Shown here piece after piece: positions 1 to 8,993 of a DNA stretch of 64,000 bases (position 1 is its first letter; each line of letters begins with the position of its first letter). The DNA is from SAR202 cluster bacterium. GTDB taxonomy: Bacteria > Chloroflexota > Dehalococcoidia > Lucifugimonadales > VXLM01. The translations under genes and the position numbers were made by a program. The notes beneath the pieces are model-generated. The model was not told the origin of the DNA. It worked only from the letters and a program-made list of their open reading frames with translations, and did no database searches. The DNA lies in contig JAKUTR010000002.1 of assembly GCA_022448725.1 (NCBI GenBank), positions 60,535-124,534 on the forward strand, read 5' to 3'.

Positions 1-1153
1 TGTTTGCCCAAGTCATTTGACTGGCTTGCTGGGTTGCGGCCTCAGCCATACGTGCATGAAGTGACGGGTTGGCTAGCACCATATCCAATCGTTGAGCAAA
101 CGGTTCAGGACAGTGCCAATCGATTAGATAACCAGTTTCTCCTGCCTTTACAAACTCCCTTGGCCCACCAACTCGCGTTGCTATAACTGGCAGACCACAG
201 GCCATTGCTTCTAATGCGACAAGCCCAAAGCTTTCAAAGTACGAGGGCATAACGAATATGTCGGCAGCATTGTAGTACAGGGGTAGCTCCACCTGGGGAA
301 CTGCACCTACAAACGCTACTATGTCAGCAAGACCTAACTCTTGAGCGGTCGCTTGTAGCTGCTTCAGAGCTGGGTCGTGCTGAAGATCACCACCAACAAC
401 AACAAGACGAGTATCTCTAATACGGTCAAGTAAAGCCATGGCACCAAGGATGATGTCTATGCCCTTCAGAGGCTCTATCCTCCCAACGGAAAGAATGATA
501 TTTTCTTCCCCAAAACCTAGAGCCTTGCGAGCTTTGGATCGGTCTGCAGGTCGAAACAGCCCGACATCGACACCGGGTGTGATCACTTGCACTTTACTCT
601 GAGATATCCCGTACAGGTGAGACACTTCACGCCGCTCATGGGCAGTAGCTACAACGATTGCATCTACAGCCTCCATAATATCCCCTTCTACAATCCCTCT
701 ATGTTCAGGTTCTCGCTCACCTATACGAGCTGACATTTTCATACGTGCGGTTGTGTGAAACATCGTAATGTGGGGTACATCCCAGTCTTCGGCGAGGCCG
801 ATCCCAGAGATCCCTGATAACCAATAGTGAGAGTAAATGAGATCATATTCAGTCTTGGTGGTATTTTGAAATCTTTTCACTCCTTCAGTGAACTGGTCCA
901 CATAGTCGTACAGCTCGGATTTAGGAGCGTCGTGCAAACCACTGTCAATGTGTATAACCCTGGAGCATGGTCCAATTTCTTCAATCTTCGGAACATCAGA
1001 GGAATGTGATCTCGTGAAAACATCCACACTATGACCATTAGATCCAAGCTCACGAGCAACCTGATTAATGTAAACATTCATACCACCAGCAGTTTCCCTA
1101 CCAAGCTCTGCTGCCGGGCACGTGTGATAACTAAGGAACGCAAAGTTGCTCAT
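1..1153 (-). CDS. Glycosyltransferase family 4 (MshA / sucrose-phosphate-synthase-like), C-terminus cut by window edge
   Basis: Missing from the ORF track because it runs off the window. My translation from the ATG (revcomp of 1151..1153) reads MSNFAFLSYHTCPAAELGRETAGGMNVYINQVARELGSNGHSVDVFTR... The N-terminal GGMNVY motif and FESFGLVALEAMACGLPVIA (EX7E) are GT4 hallmarks. Confidence 0.8.
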   Translation of the reverse strand, partial: MSNFAFLSYHTCPAAELGRETAGGMNVYINQVARELGSNGHSVDVFTRSHSSDVPKIEEIGPCSRVIHIDSGLHDAPKSELYDYVDQFTEGVKRFQNTTKTEYDLIYSHYWLSGISGIGLAEDWDVPHITMFHTTARMKMSARIGEREPEHRGIVEGDIMEAVDAIVVATAHERREVSHLYGISQSKVQVITPGVDVGLFRPADRSKARKALGFGEENIILSVGRIEPLKGIDIILGAMALLDRIRDTRLVVVGGDLQHDPALKQLQATAQELGLADIVAFVGAVPQVELPLYYNAADIFVMPSYFESFGLVALEAMACGLPVIATRVGGPREFVKAGETGYLIDWHCPEPFAQRLDMVLANPSLHARMAEAATQQASQMTWAN

Positions 1154-1165
1154 ACAGTTACAATT

Positions 1166-2173
1166 CTATCGGGCAATGATTAGTTCATACACTGATCTAT
1201 CTTCAGCACCTAGGTCATACTTGTAGCGTTCACTACCCCTAAGGAAATTGAAGGCGACCCGCCCAGCGTTGATTGCTTCCCTAATACTGCTCGCTTTATT
1301 CACCAATCCTACACTCAGCTTAGAAAGTTCAGGGTCATAACCAGAGTTATACAGGAAATATGAACCCGCGTAATCAATATTGATACAAGAAGCGACTCGC
1401 TTGCCTTCAAACTCAAGCATTGACAGCTTGAGCTCTCCCCGGACGCTGAGAACACGAGCAATATCTCTAAAAAAGTGTTCGCGCACTGGCGTCATGAATT
1501 GGTCTTTCTCAGGTGCGCTGGCTCGCATCAAGCGAAAGAAGTCATCCATATCAGCTTCCAAGGTTTGGGGAGTACAATCATATTGCTTAACTTCGCCCGA
1601 CTCATTGAGCTTACGTATCTTGCGTCTAAGTTCATGCCTGTTTTTTTTGGCCAACCCTCTGACATAATCATCCCACGTCAACGGGAGCCTCCGAACGGGC
1701 GTTGCCCCTTCCCATCCAACGCGAACCGAAAATCCGTCACTGCGCGCTAGTCGTGCTAACGCTCCAAGCGTCGGCGAACCCTCTGGTATCGACTGATATT
1801 CCATCCGATCCCACTTCAATGACTGGAAATAGTGCCATAAGATCGGATAAAAACGCTGTTCGCAGCCGTAGGGAACAAGAAAGTCACTATAGTCAGATAA
1901 ATCAGGCCCGCCAAGAAACTTAATGATGCCGTCTTTGATTATCAGCGGGGCGACCCCCAGCGTGACGGGACCATCACGGACCCAAATGATTTGGACAGAC
2001 TTATCGTCTCCGAAATGCTGTATCCATGTCCCTTGCCACCATGGAGTTACGAACGGGTTGTTAGTCCAACAAGCGGGCAGGATACGCTGCCATTCACCGT
2101 CAATTTCTGGCAAGGTGACAACTTGAACGGTAGGAGTGGACATACCTATATGATAGTGGCCAACACCTGCCAC
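1166..2173 (-). CDS. GNAT-fold acetyltransferase, CelD/BcsL / FemAB-like type
   Basis: 335-aa ORF, co-directional with the GT4 gene and 12 nt upstream of it. The C-terminal half (KLSMLEFEGKRVASCINIDYAGSYFLYNSGYDPELSKLSVGLV) resembles the Acetyltransf_6-type family. An alternative start at 2143 is possible. Confidence 0.55.
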   Translation of the reverse strand: MAGVGHYHIGMSTPTVQVVTLPEIDGEWQRILPACWTNNPFVTPWWQGTWIQHFGDDKSVQIIWVRDGPVTLGVAPLIIKDGIIKFLGGPDLSDYSDFLVPYGCEQRFYPILWHYFQSLKWDRMEYQSIPEGSPTLGALARLARSDGFSVRVGWEGATPVRRLPLTWDDYVRGLAKKNRHELRRKIRKLNESGEVKQYDCTPQTLEADMDDFFRLMRASAPEKDQFMTPVREHFFRDIARVLSVRGELKLSMLEFEGKRVASCINIDYAGSYFLYNSGYDPELSKLSVGLVNKASSIREAINAGRVAFNFLRGSERYKYDLGAEDRSVYELIIAR

Positions 2174-2270
2174 GTAAAACTTATTACCACTCCAGTCTTA
2201 CGCTGTAGTTTGGCATTGACCGCTTGGCATAGGCGTAGATAGACTATTAATATCTCCCTGGAGGGTTCTC

Positions 2271-3800
2271 ATGTCTCGGAATTCGGCTCTTGCAAATTTC
2301 TTACCTGGACTATCTTCCACGAGAGATGACCTACCGATAGCCTTCATAGCCTACCTTGCGGCTCTTGATCAGGTCGCATCCGTCTCCCCGGAAGTAGCAA
2401 AGGCAATAGTCAAAGAACTAACCGATCAGTCGAATAGTCTCAAAATGATCGCCTCCGAAAACTATTCTTCAATTGCCGTCCAACTAGCGATGGGCAATCT
2501 CTTCACAGACAAATATGCTGAGGGTCATCCCTACCACCGTTTCTACGCTGGATGTGACAACGTTGATACAGTTGAAGGTAGAGCAGTTGATCTAGCAAAG
2601 GAGTTATTTGAGGCTGATCACGCCTATGTTCAGCCTCACTCAGGTGCGGACGCCAACATGGTCGCGTATTGGGCAATTTTAAACTCCCGTGTACAAACGC
2701 CGTTTATGGAACGTCTCCAGCAGACCGACCCCTCCAAACTTTCCAATACTGACTGGACTGAGTTACGCAATTCTCTAGGTAACCAGAGACTGTTGGGAAT
2801 GAATTATTACTCTGGGGGTCACCTTACACATGGATATCGACTAAACATGTCCTCAAGAATGTTTGTCGCTGAGTCTTACGATGTCAACCGGGATAGTCAT
2901 CTCATAGATTACGAAGCTATCCGTGACCACGCCAAACGGTTTAAACCCTTAATACTGCTGGCGGGCTACAGCGCCTATCCTCGCAAAATCGATTTCCGGG
3001 CGTTCCGAGACATCGCAGATGAAATCGGCGCGGTGCTGATGGTGGACATGGCCCATTTCGCTGGATTAGTGGCAGGAAAGGTCAATGGGTTCACAGGTGA
3101 AAACGATCCGGTAGCCCATGCCCATGTAGTCACTTCTACAACTCACAAAACTCTCCGAGGTCCTCGCGGAGGTATGGTACTTTCAACCAACGAATTCAGG
3201 GACGATGTAGACAAGGGGTGCCCACTGGTACTTGGTGGTCCAATGCCGCACGTGATAGCGGCGAAGGCTGTTGCATTCGAGGAAGCCAACACAGTTGAAT
3301 TTGCTGAATATTCAAACCGGATCGTTGAGAACGCGAAAGCCCTGTCCAGTGCCTGTATGGCCGAAGGTATGTCTATATTAACCGGGGGCACAGACAACCA
3401 CCTGATGCTGGCAGATATAAGCACCTATGGTCTGACAGGTCGACAAGCCGAGTCTAGCATGCGCGACGCAAACATCACACTGAACCGGAACTCCATCCCG
3501 TTCGACCCCAACGGGGCGTGGTACACGTCGGGACTTCGGTATGGAACACCTGCGCTAACCTCAAGGGGTATGGGAACTAGAGAGATGTCCGAGATAGCTT
3601 CTATCATCGCTTCGGTCCTATCCGCGACAAAACCCGTAGAGATTACGAAAGGAAAACAGAGAGGCCAGCTTAGCAAAGCTCGCTACGCCAATAACACCAG
3701 TACTATTGAACTCGCCCAAAATCGGGTCAAGGAGTTATTGTCAAACTATCCACTGTACCCAGAACTTGACCTGCCGTACCTTCAGAGGTGGTTCGGGTAA
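2271..3800 (+). CDS. glyA: Serine hydroxymethyltransferase, unusually long form (509 aa)
   Basis: Carries MIASENYSS, DKYAEGHPYHRFYAGC and the PLP-lysine motif VVTSTTHKTLRGPRGG. It has extra N- and C-terminal segments and an internal insert compared with ~415-aa bacterial GlyA. Confidence 0.95.
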   Translation: MSRNSALANFLPGLSSTRDDLPIAFIAYLAALDQVASVSPEVAKAIVKELTDQSNSLKMIASENYSSIAVQLAMGNLFTDKYAEGHPYHRFYAGCDNVDTVEGRAVDLAKELFEADHAYVQPHSGADANMVAYWAILNSRVQTPFMERLQQTDPSKLSNTDWTELRNSLGNQRLLGMNYYSGGHLTHGYRLNMSSRMFVAESYDVNRDSHLIDYEAIRDHAKRFKPLILLAGYSAYPRKIDFRAFRDIADEIGAVLMVDMAHFAGLVAGKVNGFTGENDPVAHAHVVTSTTHKTLRGPRGGMVLSTNEFRDDVDKGCPLVLGGPMPHVIAAKAVAFEEANTVEFAEYSNRIVENAKALSSACMAEGMSILTGGTDNHLMLADISTYGLTGRQAESSMRDANITLNRNSIPFDPNGAWYTSGLRYGTPALTSRGMGTREMSEIASIIASVLSATKPVEITKGKQRGQLSKARYANNTSTIELAQNRVKELLSNYPLYPELDLPYLQRWFG

Positions 3801-3818
3801 CAGGTCTAACAGTCTGGA

Positions 3819-4085
3819 GGTCGCGCACCCCCTTTCGAACGTAACCCAGGGCGTGAAACCAGGTGGTAGCTCAAACCAGGCTATCCCACGGCACCCGGAA
3901 CATCACTGCATACCGCTGCTTCCTTCCGGACCTGACGGGGTTCACAGGCATCCGCCGCGTGGGACCCAGTTATCGACACCAACACCTGGAACATAGGCCA
4001 CGAGCCTTGCCCTCCAGGGGGACTTCAGCCTCGCTATGGCGGACTGCGAGTTCAGGGCTCCGCCAAATCCCCACCTAGCGCGACC
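3819..4085 (-). ncRNA. ffs: Signal recognition particle RNA, long (Bacillus-type, Alu-domain-containing) form
   Basis: The minus strand contains GTCAGGTCCGGAAGGAAGCAGC, the universal helix-8 motif with its GGAA tetraloop. The 5' GGTCGCGC (4085..4078) is the exact complement of the 3' GCGCGACC (3826..3819), closing a ~267-nt molecule. The 5' GCTAGGTGGGGA resembles the start of B. subtilis scRNA (from memory). End coordinates are +/- a few nt. Confidence 0.85.
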
Positions 4086-4177
4086 AACTCCCCTATTATC
4101 GCAGGTGCTGACATTTCATACTACTGGAGTATGTAGCGGGACGTGAGATGTCCGGATAAGTCCTATAGACTTGGAGG

Positions 4178-4516
4178 ATGAACAAGGTCCTAAATGAACG
4201 CGGGGTCGCTCTGTTAGAAGTAGTTGTTTCTATCGCGATTATCGGCACCGCGGTGATCGGACTAGTAGGGGCTCTGGGAGTTGGGCTACGCGCTAGTACC
4301 AATGTTGAACGCCAGCAAACGGCCCTTACACTTGTGTCTTCTCAGATCGAATACTCCCTTGCTGATAGCAACCTCTCATCAGCCGATTGTCCAACAGTCA
4401 AGATGCCAGATGGATATTCACTGACTTGCCAAGTAAGCAACTCCGAAATTGAAGTAACCGTCATGTCCGAAGACAAAGAGTTATTAACAGGTACTTTGCT
4501 CAGAGGAACCCCATGA
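4178..4516 (+). CDS. Prepilin-type N-terminal cleavage/methylation domain protein (pseudopilin-like)
   Basis: The N-terminus MNKVLNERG|VALLEVVVSIAIIG has Gly at -1 and Glu at +5, followed by a hydrophobic helix. This is a class III signal peptide. GGAGG sits just upstream of the ATG. Confidence 0.6.
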   Translation: MNKVLNERGVALLEVVVSIAIIGTAVIGLVGALGVGLRASTNVERQQTALTLVSSQIEYSLADSNLSSADCPTVKMPDGYSLTCQVSNSEIEVTVMSEDKELLTGTLLRGTP

Positions 4517-5031
4517 CACACCGTATCCGACCACAGGATGGTGCCTCATTAATTGAAACTTCGATCACCTTACTTATCATCGCGATAATAACCGTCCCAC
4601 TGGTTGGAATAGCTTTTCAGTTAATAATGCTTCCAATAGACTGGCAGGCAAACATAACCGCCATACATGAAACGCGCCACGCAATCCGCACAGTCTCAGA
4701 AGACGCAATGCGCTCCCACGGTTTTTATACAAGTGAAACACCAAATTATGGGACCTTCTCGTGGACTGACTACACGCTGCCAGTACCACGAGACCATACC
4801 GTGCAATACTTCTATGATGAGGAGACTCAAGCCCTTAAACGCCTAGAGAGCACCCAAGGTGAAGACACCCTGATATCCGTGTTCACCAACCTTGAATCCT
4901 ACGCTGATTTCACTATCGATAACTCACTTAACGCAATTACCGTATCAGTGACTTCTACTGCAGACTCGCTGAGAGACGTTTATACATACAGTCAGACTAT
5001 GCGGGTTGCCAAACGAGTGTCCACACCCTAA
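4513..5031 (+). CDS. Prepilin-type N-terminal domain protein (pseudopilin-like)
   Basis: MTHRIRPQDG|ASLIETSITLLIIAII has Gly at -1 and Glu at +5. Its start overlaps the stop of the upstream pilin-like gene (ATGA). Confidence 0.55.
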   Translation: MTHRIRPQDGASLIETSITLLIIAIITVPLVGIAFQLIMLPIDWQANITAIHETRHAIRTVSEDAMRSHGFYTSETPNYGTFSWTDYTLPVPRDHTVQYFYDEETQALKRLESTQGEDTLISVFTNLESYADFTIDNSLNAITVSVTSTADSLRDVYTYSQTMRVAKRVSTP

Positions 5032-5156
5032 ATCAAGTGTCTATCAGCATCCCTACAGGTTCTTATACTAGTGAAATTAGAACTCCATATATACTCGAAC
5101 ACCCGATTGCGACAACGGGTGGCAACCTCTAACATGCGATCTACTGAGGTGAACTC

Positions 5157-5927
5157 GTGATAATCGACACTCACTGCCACGCTGGTGAAAATTGGTTTGA
5201 ACCCGTTGAGTTGCTACTGCACCAAATGGAATTGAATGGCGTGTCTAAGGCCGTACTCGTCCAGCATGGTGGGTTTTACGACAATAACTACCTACTCGAT
5301 GCCGCTGCAAAACACCCCGGACGGTTCTCGATCGTTGCTCTAGTAGAAGAAGGCTCACCCAACGCCAGTGACGATCTACAAATGTGGTTTGAGCGAGGAG
5401 CAGGAGGTGTCCGACTTCGGCCAAACTCCCCCCTTAAAATTTGGCGTAAGGCAGCTGAGCTTGACATGGTTGTGAGCTGTCGTGCGGAGACCCTCGATCC
5501 TGAAAAACTTTCCGAAGTGATCTCTGATCTTCCGTCCACAATACCAGTGGTGTTGGAACATTTCATGGGCGCTCGCCCTGAGGATGTTGATACGAAAGAC
5601 GGGTACAAACGAATCCGCAGTTTGCTGAAGATTGCTGAACTACCTAACGTCTACGCGAAGCTTGGAGGGCTGGGAGAAATCAGCCACCGCCCCGAGGTCC
5701 TTGATACAACATTCCAGTTTGAATTCACTCCCCCAATTGTGGAGATGATATTAGAAGCATTCGGCACATCGCGTACTATGTGGGGCAGTGACTATCCGCC
5801 TGTCAGTAATCGGGAAGGCTATCGGAATGCGCTACACGGAATCATGGATCACCCAAGCATCGTTGATCCACAACAGCGTAACCAAGTTATGGGCATTACA
5901 GCTGCCTCGGTTTTTAGGTTTCTTTAA
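5157..5927 (+). CDS. Amidohydrolase-2 family metal-dependent hydrolase (TIM barrel)
   Basis: Has the N-terminal IIDTHCH metal-binding motif and C-terminal WGSDYPP. GTG start. Confidence 0.7.
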   Translation: MIIDTHCHAGENWFEPVELLLHQMELNGVSKAVLVQHGGFYDNNYLLDAAAKHPGRFSIVALVEEGSPNASDDLQMWFERGAGGVRLRPNSPLKIWRKAAELDMVVSCRAETLDPEKLSEVISDLPSTIPVVLEHFMGARPEDVDTKDGYKRIRSLLKIAELPNVYAKLGGLGEISHRPEVLDTTFQFEFTPPIVEMILEAFGTSRTMWGSDYPPVSNREGYRNALHGIMDHPSIVDPQQRNQVMGITAASVFRFL

Positions 5928-5929
5928 CT

Positions 5930-7126
5930 ATGGATTTCACAAATATTGAAGACACTGTTAACGCCTTCGTAAATTTAGACTGCCGTCTTGCGGGGATCCC
6001 CGATGGACCCTTGGCTGGCTTAACGTTCGCAGCCAAGGATATCTTCGATGTGGCTGGCTTCGTAACTGGAGCAGGAAACCCTGACTGGGCCCAGACACAC
6101 AGCCCAGCTACGAAAAATTCATGGGCAATAGAGACCTTAACGAATGCCGGCGCAACCCTGAATGGTAAAACCATCACTGATGAACTTACCCGTGGCATTC
6201 TTGGCAATAGCCCACATTTCGGGACACCAACGAACTCAGCCGCTACTGATAGAGTACCGGGAGGTTCGTCAAGTGGCTCTGCAGCTGCCGTAGCGGCTAG
6301 TCTGGTTGATTTCTCTCTCGGATCCGATACAGGAGGGTCTGTCCGTGTCCCTGCAAGTTTCTGCGGGCTTTATGGAATTCGACCTACACATGGATCCCTA
6401 CCCCTAGCAGGGGTTTTCCCCCAAGCCGATAGCTTCGACACGATGGGATGGTTTGCCCGTGATGCAGATACCTTCGCACGGGTTGGCAGGGTGCTTTTCA
6501 ACAGCGATGTCACAACTTCTTCTCCTTCAAAGATGGTAATCGCACAGGACGCTTTCGATCTGGCCAGTGACGGGGTCGTAGGTGCGCTACAACCTGCCTT
6601 GGATACTTTGGGATCTCTTTTGAATTCTGTTACCACGGAGCGCCTTTCTCTTACCAGCTTAGAACACTGGCGAGAAAATCAAGTCACTCTGCAAGGCTAT
6701 GAGGCTTGGAACACAATGGGGGAGTGGATCAGTGCGACAAACCCGAGAGTTGGTTTTGAGGTCGCAATCCGTTTTTTGCAGGGTATGTCGGTAACTAGGG
6801 ATGAAGTTACTAACGCTGAAAATGTGCGACAGAGCGCTACCGACAGGGTCAACAGCCTATTGGCAAATAATGCAGTCATATGCCTGCCTACGAGCCCGGT
6901 TCCAGCACCATTACGAAATAGATCAGTTATCGAAGCTCAGGACGTGAGAACTACTATCGTCCGTCTGACATGTGTTGCGGGCTTGACTGGTTGTCCACAA
7001 ATCAGTTTGCCTCTGGGCGAATGTGACGGAGCTCCAGTGGGTCTTTCCCTGATTGGTTCACGTGGTAGTGACATGATGCTCATAGATTTTGCGCAACAAA
7101 TTGCAAGTTTGATGGGGAAAAATTAG
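5930..7126 (+). CDS. Amidase (amidase-signature family)
   Basis: Has the GGSSSGSAAAVAA amidase-signature Ser-rich motif and an upstream KD (AAKDIFDV). It begins 2 nt after the previous gene. Confidence 0.85.
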   Translation: MDFTNIEDTVNAFVNLDCRLAGIPDGPLAGLTFAAKDIFDVAGFVTGAGNPDWAQTHSPATKNSWAIETLTNAGATLNGKTITDELTRGILGNSPHFGTPTNSAATDRVPGGSSSGSAAAVAASLVDFSLGSDTGGSVRVPASFCGLYGIRPTHGSLPLAGVFPQADSFDTMGWFARDADTFARVGRVLFNSDVTTSSPSKMVIAQDAFDLASDGVVGALQPALDTLGSLLNSVTTERLSLTSLEHWRENQVTLQGYEAWNTMGEWISATNPRVGFEVAIRFLQGMSVTRDEVTNAENVRQSATDRVNSLLANNAVICLPTSPVPAPLRNRSVIEAQDVRTTIVRLTCVAGLTGCPQISLPLGECDGAPVGLSLIGSRGSDMMLIDFAQQIASLMGKN

Positions 7127-7135
7127 CTGGGGTTC

Positions 7136-8053
7136 GTGTTGCGAAAGACTAAGTACCAACTAGCCGGGGTCGTGCCCATCATCAACACGCCTTGGACTGA
7201 CAAGGGCACAGTCGATTACCCATCAATCGGACGCCTGGTTCAAGGAGGTATATCGGACGGTATTTCAGGATGCATCGTCCCAGCAGTGGCTAGTGAGGTC
7301 TCAAAGTTAAGCAACGATGAGCGAATAAGACTTCTTGAAGAAGTTATCGAGGTCGCTGATGGGCAAATACCTGTCATTGCAGGTGTTAGTGATCCCGACG
7401 TAAAACGTGCCCAAAAATTAGCCGACCATGCTATACGCGCAGGTGCTGATGGCGTGCTGTGCGCAGTCCCAACGGGGATAATTCACGAAAAAACACTCAT
7501 CAAGACTTTTTTTACACAACTTACGCAAGTCGAACTACCCATGCTTATGATCCAAGATCTTTCGTGGGGGGACTATGGAACACCATTGGATGCGATCACC
7601 GAGATGTTCCAAGAAATTGACTCGTTTCGGTGTCTAAAGCTTGAGACCGTTCCGGCGGGATACAAATTATCACAGCTAATAAAAGCAACCGATCAGCTTA
7701 TGCCTGTAGGCGTCGGCTGGTCACTTCCTCAACTAATTGAGGCTTTGGATCGTGATGCGAATTTCATCACCACAACCGCAGTCAATAAACCTTTTGTACA
7801 TATCCTCCGCCACTACTACCAAGGAGAGCGGGATACTTCGATTGAGATATTTAACCGCACCTTGCCGTACCTCGCTTGGGCACACCAACATATTGATATA
7901 TCAATCCATTTCTACAAACTCTACTGCCATAGGAAAGGTTGGTTCACAAATACCCATAGTCGAGAGCCCATATCTCCCTTCGATACTCACCATCTAAGGA
8001 TCGCTAACGAGATTATCGATCACTTATTTGCCCTAGAGGAAGAGTTAGGATGA
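7136..8053 (+). CDS. Dihydrodipicolinate synthase / N-acetylneuraminate lyase family (class I aldolase)
   Basis: The stretch VVPIINTPWTDKGTVDYPSIGRLV...DGISGCIVPAVASEVSKLSNDERIRLLE...IPVIAGVS matches the DapA-family N-terminal pattern. GTG start. Confidence 0.7.
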   Translation: MLRKTKYQLAGVVPIINTPWTDKGTVDYPSIGRLVQGGISDGISGCIVPAVASEVSKLSNDERIRLLEEVIEVADGQIPVIAGVSDPDVKRAQKLADHAIRAGADGVLCAVPTGIIHEKTLIKTFFTQLTQVELPMLMIQDLSWGDYGTPLDAITEMFQEIDSFRCLKLETVPAGYKLSQLIKATDQLMPVGVGWSLPQLIEALDRDANFITTTAVNKPFVHILRHYYQGERDTSIEIFNRTLPYLAWAHQHIDISIHFYKLYCHRKGWFTNTHSREPISPFDTHHLRIANEIIDHLFALEEELG

Positions 8054-8126
8054 CTCCATAGTCAGTCACAAAGACCCGACCCTGATACGGTAAAGTTACA
8101 AGCCGTGCAATGTATACTTCGCAAGT

Positions 8127-8993
8127 ATGCTGACTCTCGAGGCACACGGAAAAATTAATTTGACCTTGGAAATCCTTCGTAAACGTAATGATGGTTTCCA
8201 CGAGATTGCTTCGGTTCTTCAAACGATCAGCCTGCATGACACCCTAACCTTCGAAGTTGCAGACAACATCAATCTCCTGTGTCAAGACCCCGAGCTCGCG
8301 GGCGATAAAAACCTAGCTGCCAAGGCAGCACATTTGTTGGCGGAGCGCACCGACTCTAAGGTGGGAGCAACGATCAAACTTACCAAACGTATTCCGGTGG
8401 CCGCGGGACTGGGGGGAGGCAGCAGCGACGCAGCTGCAACGTTACTAGGCTTGAACAAGCTATGGAAGCTTAATCAATCTAGGGAGGATCTCAGGACAAT
8501 CGCGGAGTCTATAGGGTCAGATGTACCTTTCTTCTTGGATGGTGGAGTAGCGATCGTTTCTGGACGAGGTGAGCAAGTTAGACAACTGCCACCTACTGGT
8601 GTGGATTGGGCTGTCATCCTGACTCCTCCAACACAACTCTATAACAAAACGGCGGCAGTTTACGGCGCCGTAACTCCCTCAAACTACTCGGCGGGTGCAC
8701 TCACTCGCAAGCTTGGAGCGAGGATCCACAGCAAGGGTGACATACCTCCTCAATTTCTTTTCAACGCGTTCGATCTTGTAGCCCAAGGAGTTTTTCCGAA
8801 TCTGGACCGCTATTGGCGTATATTCGAAGGTGTTGGGGCTCGAGAAATACATGTCTGTGGAGCAGGGCCGTCCTTGTTTGCTCCGGTATCTAACCAACAG
8901 TATGGGACTGCGATAGAGCTAATGCTTCGTCACCAACATGGTCTCGTAGCACACCTCGTTTCGTTCTGGAGCCCTCAGCAAGGCATCATTTAG
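8127..8993 (+). CDS. ispE: 4-diphosphocytidyl-2-C-methyl-D-erythritol kinase
   Basis: Has KINLTLEIL..RNDGFHEI and the GHMP-kinase motif PVAAGLGGGSSDAAATLLGLN. Confidence 0.9.
   Translation: MLTLEAHGKINLTLEILRKRNDGFHEIASVLQTISLHDTLTFEVADNINLLCQDPELAGDKNLAAKAAHLLAERTDSKVGATIKLTKRIPVAAGLGGGSSDAAATLLGLNKLWKLNQSREDLRTIAESIGSDVPFFLDGGVAIVSGRGEQVRQLPPTGVDWAVILTPPTQLYNKTAAVYGAVTPSNYSAGALTRKLGARIHSKGDIPPQFLFNAFDLVAQGVFPNLDRYWRIFEGVGAREIHVCGAGPSLFAPVSNQQYGTAIELMLRHQHGLVAHLVSFWSPQQGII

Noticed and set aside
2174-2270. Possible ZTP, THF or glycine riboswitch upstream of glyA
   Set aside because: The 97-nt leader contains none of the conserved cores I know (for example GGGTCGTGAC...CCGCCTGGGCA for ZTP, or the glycine-riboswitch GGAGAG...CACCG pattern).
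3706-4302. Track ORFs 3706..3996 (+), 3863..4078 (+) and 4096..4302 (-) in the gap after glyA
   Set aside because: They overlap the SRP RNA gene on either strand and have Pro/Arg/Gly-rich, low-complexity translations with no recognisable motif. The RNA explains the region better.
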